Source: an uncultured Ruminococcus sp. (GTDB lineage: Bacteria > Bacillota > Clostridia > Oscillospirales > Acutalibacteraceae). From it: a stretch of 51,207 bases of DNA. The notes under the pieces were generated by a model, which ran no database searches, was not told where the DNA came from, and worked only from the letters and a program-made list of their open reading frames with translations. Location: contig CAYRTG010000005.1 in assembly GCA_964427365.1 (NCBI GenBank), forward strand, positions 1 to 51,207. The letters run 5' to 3'. Positions 27,365 through 38,143 of this stretch are shown here, in pieces. The number at the start of each line of letters is the position of its first letter. The first letter of the stretch is position 1. The translations under genes and the position numbers were made by a program.

Positions 27365-28831
27365 ATGGCTAATAAATTAAAAGGAAAAGTTGGCTGGCTG
27401 TTATCCTTGCTTAAAATCGGCTGTATAGGTTTTGGGGGAGGAACTTCACTAATTCCGGTAATTGAACAGGAAATTGTAACAGGCAGAAAACTTGTAACTA
27501 AAGATGAATATGATTCTGACGTTATTGTTTCAAGTATAACTCCGGGAGCTTTGCCTGTTGAAATTTCCGGAATGATTGGCAAAAGGTTTGGCGGTACTTG
27601 GGGAATGCTTATGGCAGCTTTATGTATGGCTGCTCCCGGTGCAGTTGCTGCTGTGTTGCTGCTGTCAGGACTGTCAAGTGTAGATACCGCTGTTCTTAAG
27701 CAGATTGAAATTGTTTCAGTAGGTATTTCGGCATTTATTATTTCCATGCTTACAGGCTATGTAAGCGATACAGTAACATGGGCCAAAAAGCGTAACAGAA
27801 CTTTTTTTGCAGTTGCTATAATTCTTGGGGTATTTGTCCTGAATTCAGGGAAAGCTATTTATAAAATTTTAAGCCTGTTTGGAATAGAGGGTACGCCCCT
27901 GTTTTCTGTTTCAACAGTTAATATTTTGATTGTTACTTTTTTTGTACTGCTGTTTACTCAATGTAAATTCACAGCACCAAAGGTCTTAATAAGTGCAGCG
28001 GTATGTATTCCATATATTCTATGCAATTCAAAAATAGAAATTTCTTTTGTTGAAAAGGCGTATATTTTAAGAGGTTTAGAGATTGCAATGATTGTTCTTG
28101 CAGTCTATGGTGTGTATCATCAACATAAAGGGGGCAGCAGGAAAATTCAGAGCGAGCCTGTGAGAAACCTTTTGAAAGAAGAGCTTGCCTGGCTTATTTT
28201 CTTCCTTGCTCTTTGTATTCCTGCAATATTTGTTTGCAGCGGATTGTGGGAATTTATGGGCAACGGCTTTCTTTCCTCTGTAATGTCCTTTGGAGGCGGT
28301 GACGCTTATCTTACTATTGCTGACGGTATGTTTGTATCTACAGGTATGATTTCTGAGGAAAACTTTTACGGTCAACTTGTTACAGTTGTAAATGTTTTGC
28401 CCGGTTCTATACTTTGTAAAACCCTTACGGGTGTTGGCTATTTTATAGGCTATAATGCTTCAGGCAGTATTCTTCAAGGCTGTGCTGTTGCATTGGCAGG
28501 ATTTGGCTGTAGTATTGTGGGTTCCTGCAGTGTGGTATCACTTGCTCAATTTATTTTCAAAAAGTTTGAGAAAATCAGAATTTTTGAAATACTGAAATCA
28601 TGGGTTAAAACAATTATTTCCGGACTTTTAGGCTCGGTTATGTTATCGCTTATATATCAATCACTCAATATCGGTCAGGAATACAGATGCTCTGTATTAA
28701 TAGTTGCCGCTGAGTTTGCGTTGATTTATACGATTAACTTGCTATTGAAAAAATTTACCAAGGTTAATTCAGGACTGAGAGTTGTAATTTCATGTGTACT
28801 TGCCCTTGGTATTGGAAATATTATTATGTAA
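27365..28831 (+). CDS. Chromate-transporter (ChrA/CHR) family membrane protein, likely sulfate transport in this context
   Basis: Two homologous halves with FGGG (IGFGGG, MSFGGG) and PG motifs (ITPGA, VLPGS); many TM helices; upstream of cysD. Confidence 0.8.
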   Translation: MANKLKGKVGWLLSLLKIGCIGFGGGTSLIPVIEQEIVTGRKLVTKDEYDSDVIVSSITPGALPVEISGMIGKRFGGTWGMLMAALCMAAPGAVAAVLLLSGLSSVDTAVLKQIEIVSVGISAFIISMLTGYVSDTVTWAKKRNRTFFAVAIILGVFVLNSGKAIYKILSLFGIEGTPLFSVSTVNILIVTFFVLLFTQCKFTAPKVLISAAVCIPYILCNSKIEISFVEKAYILRGLEIAMIVLAVYGVYHQHKGGSRKIQSEPVRNLLKEELAWLIFFLALCIPAIFVCSGLWEFMGNGFLSSVMSFGGGDAYLTIADGMFVSTGMISEENFYGQLVTVVNVLPGSILCKTLTGVGYFIGYNASGSILQGCAVALAGFGCSIVGSCSVVSLAQFIFKKFEKIRIFEILKSWVKTIISGLLGSVMLSLIYQSLNIGQEYRCSVLIVAAEFALIYTINLLLKKFTKVNSGLRVVISCVLALGIGNIIM

Positions 28832-28845
28832 CGGGAGTGAAAATT

Positions 28846-29748
28846 ATGGGAAAAATGTCGCATTTAGACGAGCTGGAGGCTGAAGCTATTTATATAATGA
28901 GAGAAGTAGTTGCAGAATGTGAAAATCCGGTTATGCTTTATTCAATCGGTAAGGACTCCTCTGTTATGCTTCATTTAGCAATGAAAGCATTTTATCCTGA
29001 AAAACCGCCATTTCCTTTTCTTCATGTAAACACAACATGGAAATTTAAGGAAATGATTGAGTTCAGAGATAAGATAGCAAAAAAATACGGAATTACCATG
29101 CTTGAATACATTAATCAAGAGGGTGTTGAACAGGGCATAAATCCATTTGACCACGGCTCATCTTATACTGATATTATGAAAACAAAAGCTCTTAAGCAGG
29201 CTCTTGATAAATACGGCTTTACCGCAGCCTTTGGCGGCGGCAGACGTGATGAGGAAAAGTCACGTGCTAAGGAAAGGATTTTCTCTTTCAGAAATGCTGA
29301 CCATGCGTGGGATCCTAAAAATCAGCGTCCTGAAATGTGGAAGCTTTTTAATACAGAAATCAACAAGGGTGAAAGTATCCGAGTATTTCCAATATCCAAC
29401 TGGACAGAAAAGGATATCTGGCAGTATATTAAGCGTGAAAATATTGAGATTGTTCCTCTGTATTTTGCAGATGTACGTCCTTGCGTAGAGCGTGACGGCA
29501 ACCTTATTATGGTTGATGATGACCGTATGAAGCTCAGAGAGGGAGAAAAAATTCAGATGAAGAAAATTCGTTTCAGAACTTTGGGTTGTTATCCTCTTAC
29601 AGGCGCTATTGAAAGTGACGCTGTTACACTTGATGAAATTATTGAAGAAACCTTAAGCTCTGTATCCTCAGAGCGTACAAGCCGTGTTATTGACAGCGAC
29701 GGAGGCAGTGCAAGTATGGAAAAGAGAAAAAGGGAGGGATATTTCTAA
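28846..29748 (+). CDS. cysD: Sulfate adenylyltransferase subunit 2
   Basis: [47 protein letters not shown]; ATG 28846 after GGGAGTG. Confidence 0.96.
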   Translation: MGKMSHLDELEAEAIYIMREVVAECENPVMLYSIGKDSSVMLHLAMKAFYPEKPPFPFLHVNTTWKFKEMIEFRDKIAKKYGITMLEYINQEGVEQGINPFDHGSSYTDIMKTKALKQALDKYGFTAAFGGGRRDEEKSRAKERIFSFRNADHAWDPKNQRPEMWKLFNTEINKGESIRVFPISNWTEKDIWQYIKRENIEIVPLYFADVRPCVERDGNLIMVDDDRMKLREGEKIQMKKIRFRTLGCYPLTGAIESDAVTLDEIIEETLSSVSSERTSRVIDSDGGSASMEKRKREGYF

Positions 29749-31574
29749 TGAATGGATTGCTGAAATTTATTACCTGCGGTAGTGTTGACGATGGCAAATC
29801 AACACTTATAGGTCATATGCTTTATGATGCAAAGCTGTTGTTTGCAGATCAGGAAAAATCTCTGATTCTTGACAGCAAGGTAGGTTCTCGTGAAGGTGCT
29901 ATTGACTATTCACTGCTTCTTGACGGCCTTATGGCTGAAAGAGAGCAGGGTATTACAATTGACGTTGCATACAGATATTTTACCACAGAAAAACGTTCAT
30001 TCATTGTTGCAGATACCCCGGGTCACGAAGAATATACAAGAAATATGGCTGTTGGCGCGTCTTTTGCTGACCTGGCTATTATACTTGTTGACGCTTCTCA
30101 AGGCGTACTTGTTCAGACAAGACGTCACGCCAGAATTTGCTCCCTTATGGGTATTAAGCATTTTGTTTTTGCTATTAACAAAATGGACCTAATTAACTTT
30201 GATAAACATAAATTTGATAAAATAAAAAAGGAAATCAAAAAGCTTTTAGCTGAGTTTGAGTACAACACTCTGGCCGTTATCCCTGTTTCTGCAACAGACG
30301 GTGATAACATTACAACAAAATCCCTGCGTACTCCTTGGTACAATGGTGATACATTGCTTGCTTATCTTGAAAACATTGATGTTACCACAGACGATGTTGA
30401 AAAAGGCTTTACTATGGCCGTTCAGCGTGTGTGCCGTCCTAACCATACATTCAGAGGCTTTCAGGGACAGATTGAAACCGGCGCTGTAGCAGTGGGTGAT
30501 GAAATTATTATATTGCCTTCAAACGAGGTTGCTCACGTTAAGTCAATTATCAATGCAGGTACAGAGGTTCAATCTGCTGAAAAGGGCTGTGCCGTAACTA
30601 TTCAGCTTGATAAAGAGGTTGACGTTTCAAGAGGCTGTGTATTTGCAGGAAATACAAAGCCTTTCATTGGTAATCTGTTTACAGTTAAACTTTTGTGGAT
30701 GGACGATACAAGGCTTGTTTCCGGCAAAAACTATATGTTAAAGCTTGGTACAAAGCGTATTCCTGCAACAGTTATGAAAATCAAGCATAAAATTGACGTT
30801 AACTCAGGTGACGAGATTTTTGCAGATGCAATTTATAAAAACGAAATAGCTGAGTGTGATATTTCAACTTCCGAGAAGATTGTTTTTGATGAGTTTGATA
30901 AGAATCCGGGCTTAGGCTCATTTATTCTTATTGACAGACTAACTCATATGACTTCTGCCTGCGGTGTAGTTTCTCATATTTTGAGAAGGTCTGACAACCT
31001 AACATGGCACAATATGGATATTACACGTGAACAGCGTGCTAATCAAAAATTGCAGACTCCTAAAACAATTTGGTTTACAGGACTTTCAGGCTCCGGTAAA
31101 TCTACTCTTTCAAATGAAATTGAAAAGCGTTTGTTTGTTAAGGGTAATCACACTATGAGTCTTGACGGTGATAATATCAGACTTGGTCTTAACAAGAACC
31201 TTGGTTTTAAAGAGACTGACAGAATTGAAAATATCCGCCGTGTTGCAGAGGTTGCTAAGCTGATGAATGACGCAGGCTTAATTGTTCTTACTTCATTTGT
31301 ATCACCATATGAAAGAGATAGACAGAAAGCCAAAGATATTATCGGTGCGGAAAATATAATTGAAGTTTATGTAAGCACTCCTCTCGAGGAATGTGAAAAG
31401 CGTGATGTGAAAGGACTTTATGCTAAGGCAAGAGCCGGCGAAATTCCTAACTTTACAGGTATTTCCGCTCCTTATGAGATTCCTGCTGAGCCTGATATTA
31501 CTATTGATACTACAGGAATGACAATCGATGAAGCTGCTGACTTTGTTATGGGAAAGCTACAGGAAATTCTTTAA
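29748..31574 (+). CDS. cysNC: Bifunctional sulfate adenylyltransferase subunit 1 / APS kinase (CysN-CysC)
   Basis: GSVDDGKSTL, EREQGITID, DTPGHE, NKMD GTPase motifs; C-terminal WFTGLSGSGKST, LDGDNIR, RDVKGLY APS kinase motifs. Confidence 0.95.
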   Translation: MNGLLKFITCGSVDDGKSTLIGHMLYDAKLLFADQEKSLILDSKVGSREGAIDYSLLLDGLMAEREQGITIDVAYRYFTTEKRSFIVADTPGHEEYTRNMAVGASFADLAIILVDASQGVLVQTRRHARICSLMGIKHFVFAINKMDLINFDKHKFDKIKKEIKKLLAEFEYNTLAVIPVSATDGDNITTKSLRTPWYNGDTLLAYLENIDVTTDDVEKGFTMAVQRVCRPNHTFRGFQGQIETGAVAVGDEIIILPSNEVAHVKSIINAGTEVQSAEKGCAVTIQLDKEVDVSRGCVFAGNTKPFIGNLFTVKLLWMDDTRLVSGKNYMLKLGTKRIPATVMKIKHKIDVNSGDEIFADAIYKNEIAECDISTSEKIVFDEFDKNPGLGSFILIDRLTHMTSACGVVSHILRRSDNLTWHNMDITREQRANQKLQTPKTIWFTGLSGSGKSTLSNEIEKRLFVKGNHTMSLDGDNIRLGLNKNLGFKETDRIENIRRVAEVAKLMNDAGLIVLTSFVSPYERDRQKAKDIIGAENIIEVYVSTPLEECEKRDVKGLYAKARAGEIPNFTGISAPYEIPAEPDITIDTTGMTIDEAADFVMGKLQEIL

Positions 31575-31626
31575 ATAAAATATGCCCTGAGCTGCAGGGC
31601 AGATACATATATTAAAGGAGAAAACT

Positions 31627-32805
31627 ATGCCTACATTATATCTGCATATCGGTATGCCTAAAACTGGTACTTCTTATATTCAGAAGTTTTTGAGAACTAA
31701 TGCAAGCGTTTTAAAAACTAAAAACTATGTATTTCCCGGTTTTCCAAGGATTTCAAATTTTTTGCCACAGCGAAACGCCCGTTTTTTGGTACACGTTTAT
31801 CGCGATGAAAACGGCAAGGTTGATTCCAAAATCATGAAAGAGGTTTGGGACAATAACTTTGAATATATCTCCAGGCTTTTTAATGAATATGACAATATGA
31901 TTCTTTCCGAAGAAAGCATTTGGAGTTTGAAAAAGAGAAACGATAAGTTTTGGAAAAAGCTGAAGAAAGAGCTAGACAGTCGTGGCATTGATTGTAAGGT
32001 TGTTGCTTACCTAAGAAGGCAGGATCTTTTTGAGCAGTCACATTGGGCTCAGAAAGTTCAGGAATATGAAACCTGTTCCTTTAAGGAATATATTAACGGC
32101 ATTTCAACTGACAGACTTGATTATTATACTCGCCTTAACGACATTGCAAAATTTATGGGCAAGGAAAATATCATTGTCCGAATTTACGAAAAGCAACAGT
32201 GGGACGGTGCTCAAAAGAGTCTGATTTCCGATTTCTTCCATACAGTGGGGCTGGAATTAACTGATGAATTTATAGCACCTGAAAAGTCCGTTGTAAATAT
32301 CAGCCTTTCAGGCAAGTATCTGGCTTTTAAACATTATATGAACCGATATCCTGAAAGAAAGGCTAAGAACGGTAAAAAGGACTGCCTTTATATGGCATTA
32401 GAAGAGCTCGCTTATCGTAATACTTCTAATACAAATTACAGCAAAAACGTATTTCTTTCTCAGGAAGAAACCCTTGAATATCTTGCGAAATTCAAAGAAG
32501 AAAATGAAAAGGTGGCAAGGGAATATCTGGGCAGGGAAAACGGTGTGCTGTTTAAGGACGATATAGTTGTTGATGAGAAAAAGGTTGAATATACTGCTGA
32601 GGATTTCCTTGACGTTGCTAACGAGTGTTTCAATTATCAGGACGAGGTAAATGAAGATCTCAAAGCAAGGCTTTTGGACAACAAAGAGGAAATTGCAGAG
32701 CTTAACCGTATTATTAAAGAACAGCAGAGTACCATAAATTGGATAACAACAAGCTTTCCTAAAAAGGTTATCCGCAAGCTAAAAAGAATATTAAAAATTA
32801 AATAA
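31627..32805 (+). CDS. Putative PAPS-dependent sulfotransferase with C-terminal coiled coil
   Basis: LYLHIGMPKTGTS (5'-PSB-like), ILSEES, YLRRQD...S (3'-PB-like); follows cysNC. Confidence 0.7.
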   Translation: MPTLYLHIGMPKTGTSYIQKFLRTNASVLKTKNYVFPGFPRISNFLPQRNARFLVHVYRDENGKVDSKIMKEVWDNNFEYISRLFNEYDNMILSEESIWSLKKRNDKFWKKLKKELDSRGIDCKVVAYLRRQDLFEQSHWAQKVQEYETCSFKEYINGISTDRLDYYTRLNDIAKFMGKENIIVRIYEKQQWDGAQKSLISDFFHTVGLELTDEFIAPEKSVVNISLSGKYLAFKHYMNRYPERKAKNGKKDCLYMALEELAYRNTSNTNYSKNVFLSQEETLEYLAKFKEENEKVAREYLGRENGVLFKDDIVVDEKKVEYTAEDFLDVANECFNYQDEVNEDLKARLLDNKEEIAELNRIIKEQQSTINWITTSFPKKVIRKLKRILKIK

Positions 32806-32824
32806 TTTACAGTAATACAATGTG

Positions 32825-32852
32825 ACCTCTGCCTATATGGGCGGAGGTTTTT
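32825..32852 (+). terminator. Rho-independent terminator after the sulfation cassette
   Basis: ACCTCTGCC-TATATG-GGCGGAGGT-TTTT. Confidence 0.75.
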
Positions 32853-32888
32853 GCTATGTGAACATTTATAAAGTGAATTTGTAACCTC

Positions 32889-33151
32889 CTAAGTTGCCTT
32901 TTCAAAATCTTTAAATTGCCTTATCCTTACTAAACCTATATTAATATATTCTTGATATTTCTCCTGTTAACCAAGGAAAACCCAGTTTATCATATTCTAA
33001 GTCAAGGTTCAGAATGTAGGTTTCGGTTGTTTTGTCTTTGTAATTTACAGTAATTTCCATTGTTTTTCCACAATAGTTTTTCTATATATTTTCTTTTTCT
33101 TTTCATTCATCTTTCTTTCAAGCTGTATCATTTCATCTAATGTTCTTTCAT
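32889..33151 (-). pseudogene. Degraded small gene of unknown origin
   Basis: GAGGTG RBS before ATG 33151; reading continues only through several frameshifts (RTLDEMIQLE / MNEKKKKIYRENYCGKTMEITV...GFPWLTGE / EYINIGLVRIRQFKDFEKAT*). Confidence 0.35.
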
Positions 33152-33250
33152 TTTTACACCTCTCACATATAATACCACACACCTGTATGTCTGGCTGCAT
33201 ATGTCAGTAATTATATTTATAATTTACAAAATCTTGCTGTTTCAGAATAC

Positions 33251-33290
33251 AAAAAAGAGCCTTAGGCAAAAGTGCCTAAGACTCGAAAAA
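33251..33290 (-). terminator. Terminator of the NifU-like/GGGtGRT operon
   Basis: AAAAAA-GAGCCTTAGGCA...TGCCTAAGACTC; U-tract on the minus strand. Confidence 0.75.
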
Positions 33291-33313
33291 GTTATATTGT
33301 AAGTTGTTTATAA

Positions 33314-34315
33314 TTACTTGTTCATTGCTTCGAAAACTGCAACTGCACAAGCAACTGTTGCGCCAACCATCGGGTTGTTGCCCATACCGATTAAGCCCAT
33401 CATTTCAACGTGAGCAGGTACTGATGAAGAACCTGCAAACTGAGCGTCAGAGTGCATACGTCCCATTGTGTCAGTCATACCATAGGATGCAGGACCTGCT
33501 GCCATATTATCAGGATGAAGTGTACGACCTGTACCGCCGCCTGAAGCAACTGAGAAGTACTTCTTACCCTGCTCGATACATTCTTTCTTGTATGTACCTG
33601 CTACAGGATGCTGGAAACGAGTTGGGTTAGTTGAGTTACCTGTAATTGAAACGCCTACGTTCTCGTGGTGCATAATTGCAACACCTTCCTGAACATCGTC
33701 AGCGCCGTAGCAGTTAACTGTAGCACGAAGACCGTTTGAATAAGATTTCTTGTAAACTACCTCCAGCTTAGCTTCCTTATAGTCATACTTTGTTTCAACA
33801 AAAGTAAAGCCGTTAATACGAGAAATAATCTGAGCTGCGTCCTTACCAAGACCGTTAAGGATAACTCTGAGAGGTTTTCTACGAACCTTGTTAGCCTTTT
33901 CTGCAATACCGATAGCGCCTTCTGCAGCAGCAAAGCTTTCGTGACCTGCTAAGAAGCAAAAGCACTCTGTTTCTTCCTCAAGAAGCATTTTACCAAGGTT
34001 GCCGTGACCGAGACCTACCTTACGGTGGTCAGCAACAGAACCGGGAATACAGAAAGCCTGTAGTCCTTCGCCGATTGCAGCAGCAGCCTCGGCAGCTGTC
34101 TTAACGCCTTTTTTGATAGCAATTGCAGAACCTACAATATAAGCCCAACAAGCGTTTTCAAAACAGATTGGCTGGATATTTTTTACCTGAGTATAGATGT
34201 CAAGTCCGGCATCCTTTGTAATCTTTTCAGCTTCTTCAATAGAGCTGATGCCATAGCTGTTTAATACAGCATTAATCTGGTCAATTCTTCTTTCATATGA
34301 TTCAAATAAAGCCAT
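33314..34315 (-). CDS. GGGtGRT family protein
   Basis: Signature SGGGTGRTLHPDN; QPICFENA, FLAGHESFAAAEGA. Confidence 0.93.
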   Translation of the reverse strand: MALFESYERRIDQINAVLNSYGISSIEEAEKITKDAGLDIYTQVKNIQPICFENACWAYIVGSAIAIKKGVKTAAEAAAAIGEGLQAFCIPGSVADHRKVGLGHGNLGKMLLEEETECFCFLAGHESFAAAEGAIGIAEKANKVRRKPLRVILNGLGKDAAQIISRINGFTFVETKYDYKEAKLEVVYKKSYSNGLRATVNCYGADDVQEGVAIMHHENVGVSITGNSTNPTRFQHPVAGTYKKECIEQGKKYFSVASGGGTGRTLHPDNMAAGPASYGMTDTMGRMHSDAQFAGSSSVPAHVEMMGLIGMGNNPMVGATVACAVAVFEAMNK

Positions 34316-34335
34316 TAGTTGTTTCTCCTTTCCTA

Positions 34336-35028
34336 TTATTCATCGCGTGGGTCGATAATTTTAGCAGCGTCTGCTACACGACCATACTGACCCTTAGCTT
34401 TTTCCCAAGCTGTGTTAGGGTCGTCACCCTTTTTGATAAAGTCTGTCATCTTACCAAGAGAAACAAACTGATAACCGATAACTTCATCGTCTTCATCAAG
34501 TGCAAGACCTGTTACATAGCCTTCTGCCATTTCAAGGTAACGAACACCCTTTTCTTTAGTGCCGTACATTGTACCAACCTGTGAACGAAGTCCCTTACCT
34601 AAGTCTTCAAGACCTGCGCCTATTGCAAGACCGTCATCAGAGAAAGCACTCTGTGTACGACCATAAACTATCTGTAAGAAAAGCTCTCTCATAGCTGTGT
34701 TGATAGCGTCGCAAACTAAGTCTGTGTTAAGAGCTTCAAGAATTGTTTTGCCCTGTAAAATTTCTGCAGCCATAGCAGCTGAATGAGTCATACCTGAGCA
34801 ACCGATTGTTTCAATAAGAGCCTCTTCAATAACACCGTTCTTAACATTTAGAGTAAGCTTACAAGCACCCTGCTGTGGTGCACACCAACCGACGCCATGT
34901 GTAAAACCCGAAATATCTTCAATCTTTTTTGAGTGAACCCACTTGCCTTCCTCCGGAATAGGAGCAGGTTCATGCTTTGCACCCTTAGCAACAGGGCACA
35001 TGTTTTCAACTTCTTTAGTATAAATCAT
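34336..35028 (-). CDS. NifU/IscU N-terminal-like Fe-S scaffold protein (GGGtGRT partner)
   Basis: GWCAPQQGAC, GCSGMTHSA, LVCDA cysteines; ATG 35028 after GAAAGGAG. Confidence 0.85.
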   Translation of the reverse strand: MIYTKEVENMCPVAKGAKHEPAPIPEEGKWVHSKKIEDISGFTHGVGWCAPQQGACKLTLNVKNGVIEEALIETIGCSGMTHSAAMAAEILQGKTILEALNTDLVCDAINTAMRELFLQIVYGRTQSAFSDDGLAIGAGLEDLGKGLRSQVGTMYGTKEKGVRYLEMAEGYVTGLALDEDDEVIGYQFVSLGKMTDFIKKGDDPNTAWEKAKGQYGRVADAAKIIDPRDE

Positions 35029-35238
35029 TGTAAAACTCCTTTCTGATTTGAGCAAAAATAAATACTCATACGTTCATATTATAAATCACAAGGTTAAACT
35101 TTACAATAGTTTTTCTCAGATTTTTACAATTTTTACTTAATTAAATATAGGATTTTAAGGAAAAAGAATCGCTTTTGTGAGTAGCACGAATATCTTAGTA
35201 TTTACAGTGTTCTTTTGGGAATATCTAATAAAAGAAAG

Positions 35239-36000
35239 TCAGTTAACGGAATAGAAAATTTTTGCGTTTTTTGCGGTTTTGTCCAGAACTTCCTGTGGCG
35301 AAATACCTTTAATTTCGCCGATTTTTTCTGCAATATAAACAATATTGCGGCTGTCATTGCGTTTGCCGCGATTTGGTACAGGGCTTAGGTAAGGGCTGTC
35401 TGTTTCAAGCAGCAGCCTGTCCATTGGCACATACTTTGCACACTCTATGCTGTGACGTGCATTTTTAAATGTAACAACTCCCCCAAGGCTTATGCTCATA
35501 TCAAGTTTTAATACTTCTTTAAGCATTTCAACACTTCCGCTAAAGCAATGGAGAAGACCCTTTGGCTTGTATTCCTTAAGAATATCCATTGTATCTTTGT
35601 GGGCCTCTCTGTCGTGTACAATAATTGGGATCTCAAGTTTTTTACTTAGCTCGATTTGTTCCGAAAACACCTTTTTTTGCAAATCTCGTGGAATTTCCCA
35701 ATGGTAGTCCAGACCGATTTCTCCCAGAGCTACGCATTTTGGATGCTGTAAATACTTCTGTATTTTATCAAGATAATCTTCAGGGAGGTTTTCCAAATTT
35801 TCAGGGTGATAGCCTGCTGTAAAATAAAAATATGGGTATTTTTCTGCAAGCTGCCTGTTAAATTCAGAGGTTTCAATATTAACGGAATTGGTTACAACTC
35901 CAACAACTCCTGAATTGGGAAGCTCACTAAGCAACTGTTCTCTGTCCTCGTCGAACCATTTATCGTCGTAATGTGCATGTGCATCAAAAATATTATTCAT
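35239..36000 (-). CDS. tatD: TatD family hydrolase
   Basis: DAHAH, GYHP, GEIGLDY, HDREA, HCFSG, ETDSPY. Confidence 0.92.
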   Translation of the reverse strand: MNNIFDAHAHYDDKWFDEDREQLLSELPNSGVVGVVTNSVNIETSEFNRQLAEKYPYFYFTAGYHPENLENLPEDYLDKIQKYLQHPKCVALGEIGLDYHWEIPRDLQKKVFSEQIELSKKLEIPIIVHDREAHKDTMDILKEYKPKGLLHCFSGSVEMLKEVLKLDMSISLGGVVTFKNARHSIECAKYVPMDRLLLETDSPYLSPVPNRGKRNDSRNIVYIAEKIGEIKGISPQEVLDKTAKNAKIFYSVN

Positions 36001-36030
36001 TTTATCACCTGTGTAAATAAGATTAAAAAC

Positions 36031-36066
36031 AAATTTGCCAAAAGGTTTTCCCTGTTGGCAAATTTT
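36031..36066 (-). terminator. Hairpin between lepA and tatD
   Basis: AAATTTGCCAA...TTGGCAAATTTT inverted repeat. Confidence 0.5.
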
Positions 36067-36081
36067 ATATTATGGTTTGTA

Positions 36082-37893
36082 TTAGTCAGTATCAAGCTTA
36101 AGCACAGCCATAAAAGCCTCCTGTGGAACTTCTACAGAGCCTAGCTGACGCATACGCTTTTTACCTTCCTTTTGTTTTTCAAGAAGTTTTTTCTTTCTTG
36201 TAATATCACCGCCATAGCACTTTGCAAGCACGTCCTTTCGCATAGCTTTAACAGTTTCACGTGCAATGATTTTTCCGCCTATACAAGCCTGAATAGGAAC
36301 TTCAAAAAGCTGACGGGGAATTTTTTCCTTTAACTTTTCCGCCATTTTTCTTGCTCTGCCATAAGCCTTGTCCTTGTGAATTATGAAACTCAGAGCGTCA
36401 ACAATTTCTCCGTTAAGCATAATATCAAGTTTAACAAGGTCGCTTGGCACATAGCCTCTTAGCTCATAGTCAAAGGAAGCGTAGCCTCTTGTACGTGACT
36501 TTAATGTATCAAAGAAATCGTAGATAATTTCTGCAAGGGGCAGATGATAGTGAATGTCAACTCGCTCTGCGTCAATATAATCCATACCAATAAATATTCC
36601 TCGTCTGTCCTGACAAAGCTCCATTATATTGCCTACATACTCTGCAGGAGAGTAAATATGAGCGTCTGTAATAGGCTCCTCTGCTGATGCAATAAGTGCG
36701 GGGTCCGGATAGTTTGTAGGGTTGTCGATGTTTTCAACTGTGCCGTCGGTTTTTGTGATTTTATAAATTACACTTGGTGCAGTTGTGATAATGTCAAGAT
36801 TGTACTCCCGCTCAAGTCTTTCCTGTATAATTTCCATATGGAGAAGGCCTAAAAAACCACATCTGTAGCCAAAGCCAAGGGCAACGGATGTTTCAGGCTC
36901 AAAGCTAAGTGAAGCATCATTAAGCTTTAACTTTTCAAGAGCGTCCTTTAAGTCGCCGTACCGCGCACCGTCAACAGGATAAATACCGCAGAATACCATT
37001 GACTGAGCTTCACGATAACCCGGGAGAGGTTCTTCTGCCGGATTGCTTGCAAGGGTGATTGTATCTCCTACCTGTGCCTCGGACAAAGATTTGATTGATG
37101 CGGCAATATATCCAACTTCACCTGCATATAGAACTTCTCTCTGTTCAAGGGAAGTTGCATGCATAAGTCCGCATTCAACTACGCTGAATGTTGAACCTGT
37201 GGCCATAAGTTTAAATTCATCACCAAGGTGAATTTGTCCCTCTTTAAGACGAACATAAATTATAACGCCTTTGTAGGAGTCGTAGTAGCTATCAAAAATC
37301 AAGCCTCTTAAAGGCGCATTAATGTCCCCTGTGGGAGCAGGAATATCGGACACGATTTTTTCAAGTACAGCGTGGATATTAATGCCCTTTTTAGCAGAAA
37401 CCTGTGGTGCGTCCTCAGCAGGAATACCGATTATGTCCTCAATTTCATTGATTACTCTTTCCGGATCTGCTGAGGGCAAATCTATTTTATTGATTACCGG
37501 CACAATTTCAAGTCCGCCGTCAACTGCAAGATATGTGTTGGCAAGAGTTTGAGCTTCAATTCCCTGAGATGCATCAACTATAAGTACAGCACCTTCACAA
37601 GCTGCAAGACTGCGGCTTACCTCATAGTTAAAGTCAACGTGTCCCGGAGTGTCAATAAGGTTAAGAAGATAGTCTTTGCCATTGTCAGCGTGATAAACTG
37701 CGCTAACGGCTCTTGCCTTGATTGTAATACCACGCTCCCGTTCAAGCTCCATATCGTCAAGAATCTGTGCTTCCATATCCCTTATGGCAACACTTTGCGT
37801 CTGCTCTAAAATTCTGTCAGCCAATGTACTTTTGCCGTGGTCAATGTGAGCTATAATACTGAAATTTCTTATTTTATCCTGTTCAAAAGTCAA
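36082..37893 (-). CDS. lepA: Translation elongation factor 4
   Basis: [55 protein letters not shown]; probable TTG start at 37893 after AGGTGA (alternative GTG 37902). Confidence 0.97.
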   Translation of the reverse strand: MTFEQDKIRNFSIIAHIDHGKSTLADRILEQTQSVAIRDMEAQILDDMELERERGITIKARAVSAVYHADNGKDYLLNLIDTPGHVDFNYEVSRSLAACEGAVLIVDASQGIEAQTLANTYLAVDGGLEIVPVINKIDLPSADPERVINEIEDIIGIPAEDAPQVSAKKGINIHAVLEKIVSDIPAPTGDINAPLRGLIFDSYYDSYKGVIIYVRLKEGQIHLGDEFKLMATGSTFSVVECGLMHATSLEQREVLYAGEVGYIAASIKSLSEAQVGDTITLASNPAEEPLPGYREAQSMVFCGIYPVDGARYGDLKDALEKLKLNDASLSFEPETSVALGFGYRCGFLGLLHMEIIQERLEREYNLDIITTAPSVIYKITKTDGTVENIDNPTNYPDPALIASAEEPITDAHIYSPAEYVGNIMELCQDRRGIFIGMDYIDAERVDIHYHLPLAEIIYDFFDTLKSRTRGYASFDYELRGYVPSDLVKLDIMLNGEIVDALSFIIHKDKAYGRARKMAEKLKEKIPRQLFEVPIQACIGGKIIARETVKAMRKDVLAKCYGGDITRKKKLLEKQKEGKKRMRQLGSVEVPQEAFMAVLKLDTD

Positions 37894-37989
37894 GCTAATC
37901 ACCTTTTAAAGTTATTTTTATTTTATAGGCAACACCTCATAATTATAGTGCTACACTAAGGTATTTACCGTTAATTGTTTGCTGTCGCC

Positions 37990-38143
37990 TATAACTTATG
38001 CGATGATGTCCCTGCTTGTAAAGCGGAGGACGTCATTCAGTGCTTCAGTAGGAGTTATAATCTACCGCTGATACACTGAGGAGCTACAATTTGTCGTAAG
38101 CTCCATTTCAAGTAGGCTTACCGGAGCATTGCTCCGATTTAAA
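37990..38143. repeat. Dispersed multi-hairpin intergenic element, copy 2
   Basis: TATAACTTATGCGATGATGTCC...CGGAGCATTGCTCCGATTTAAA; colinear with 3112-3277 apart from an ~18-nt internal deletion. Confidence 0.85.
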
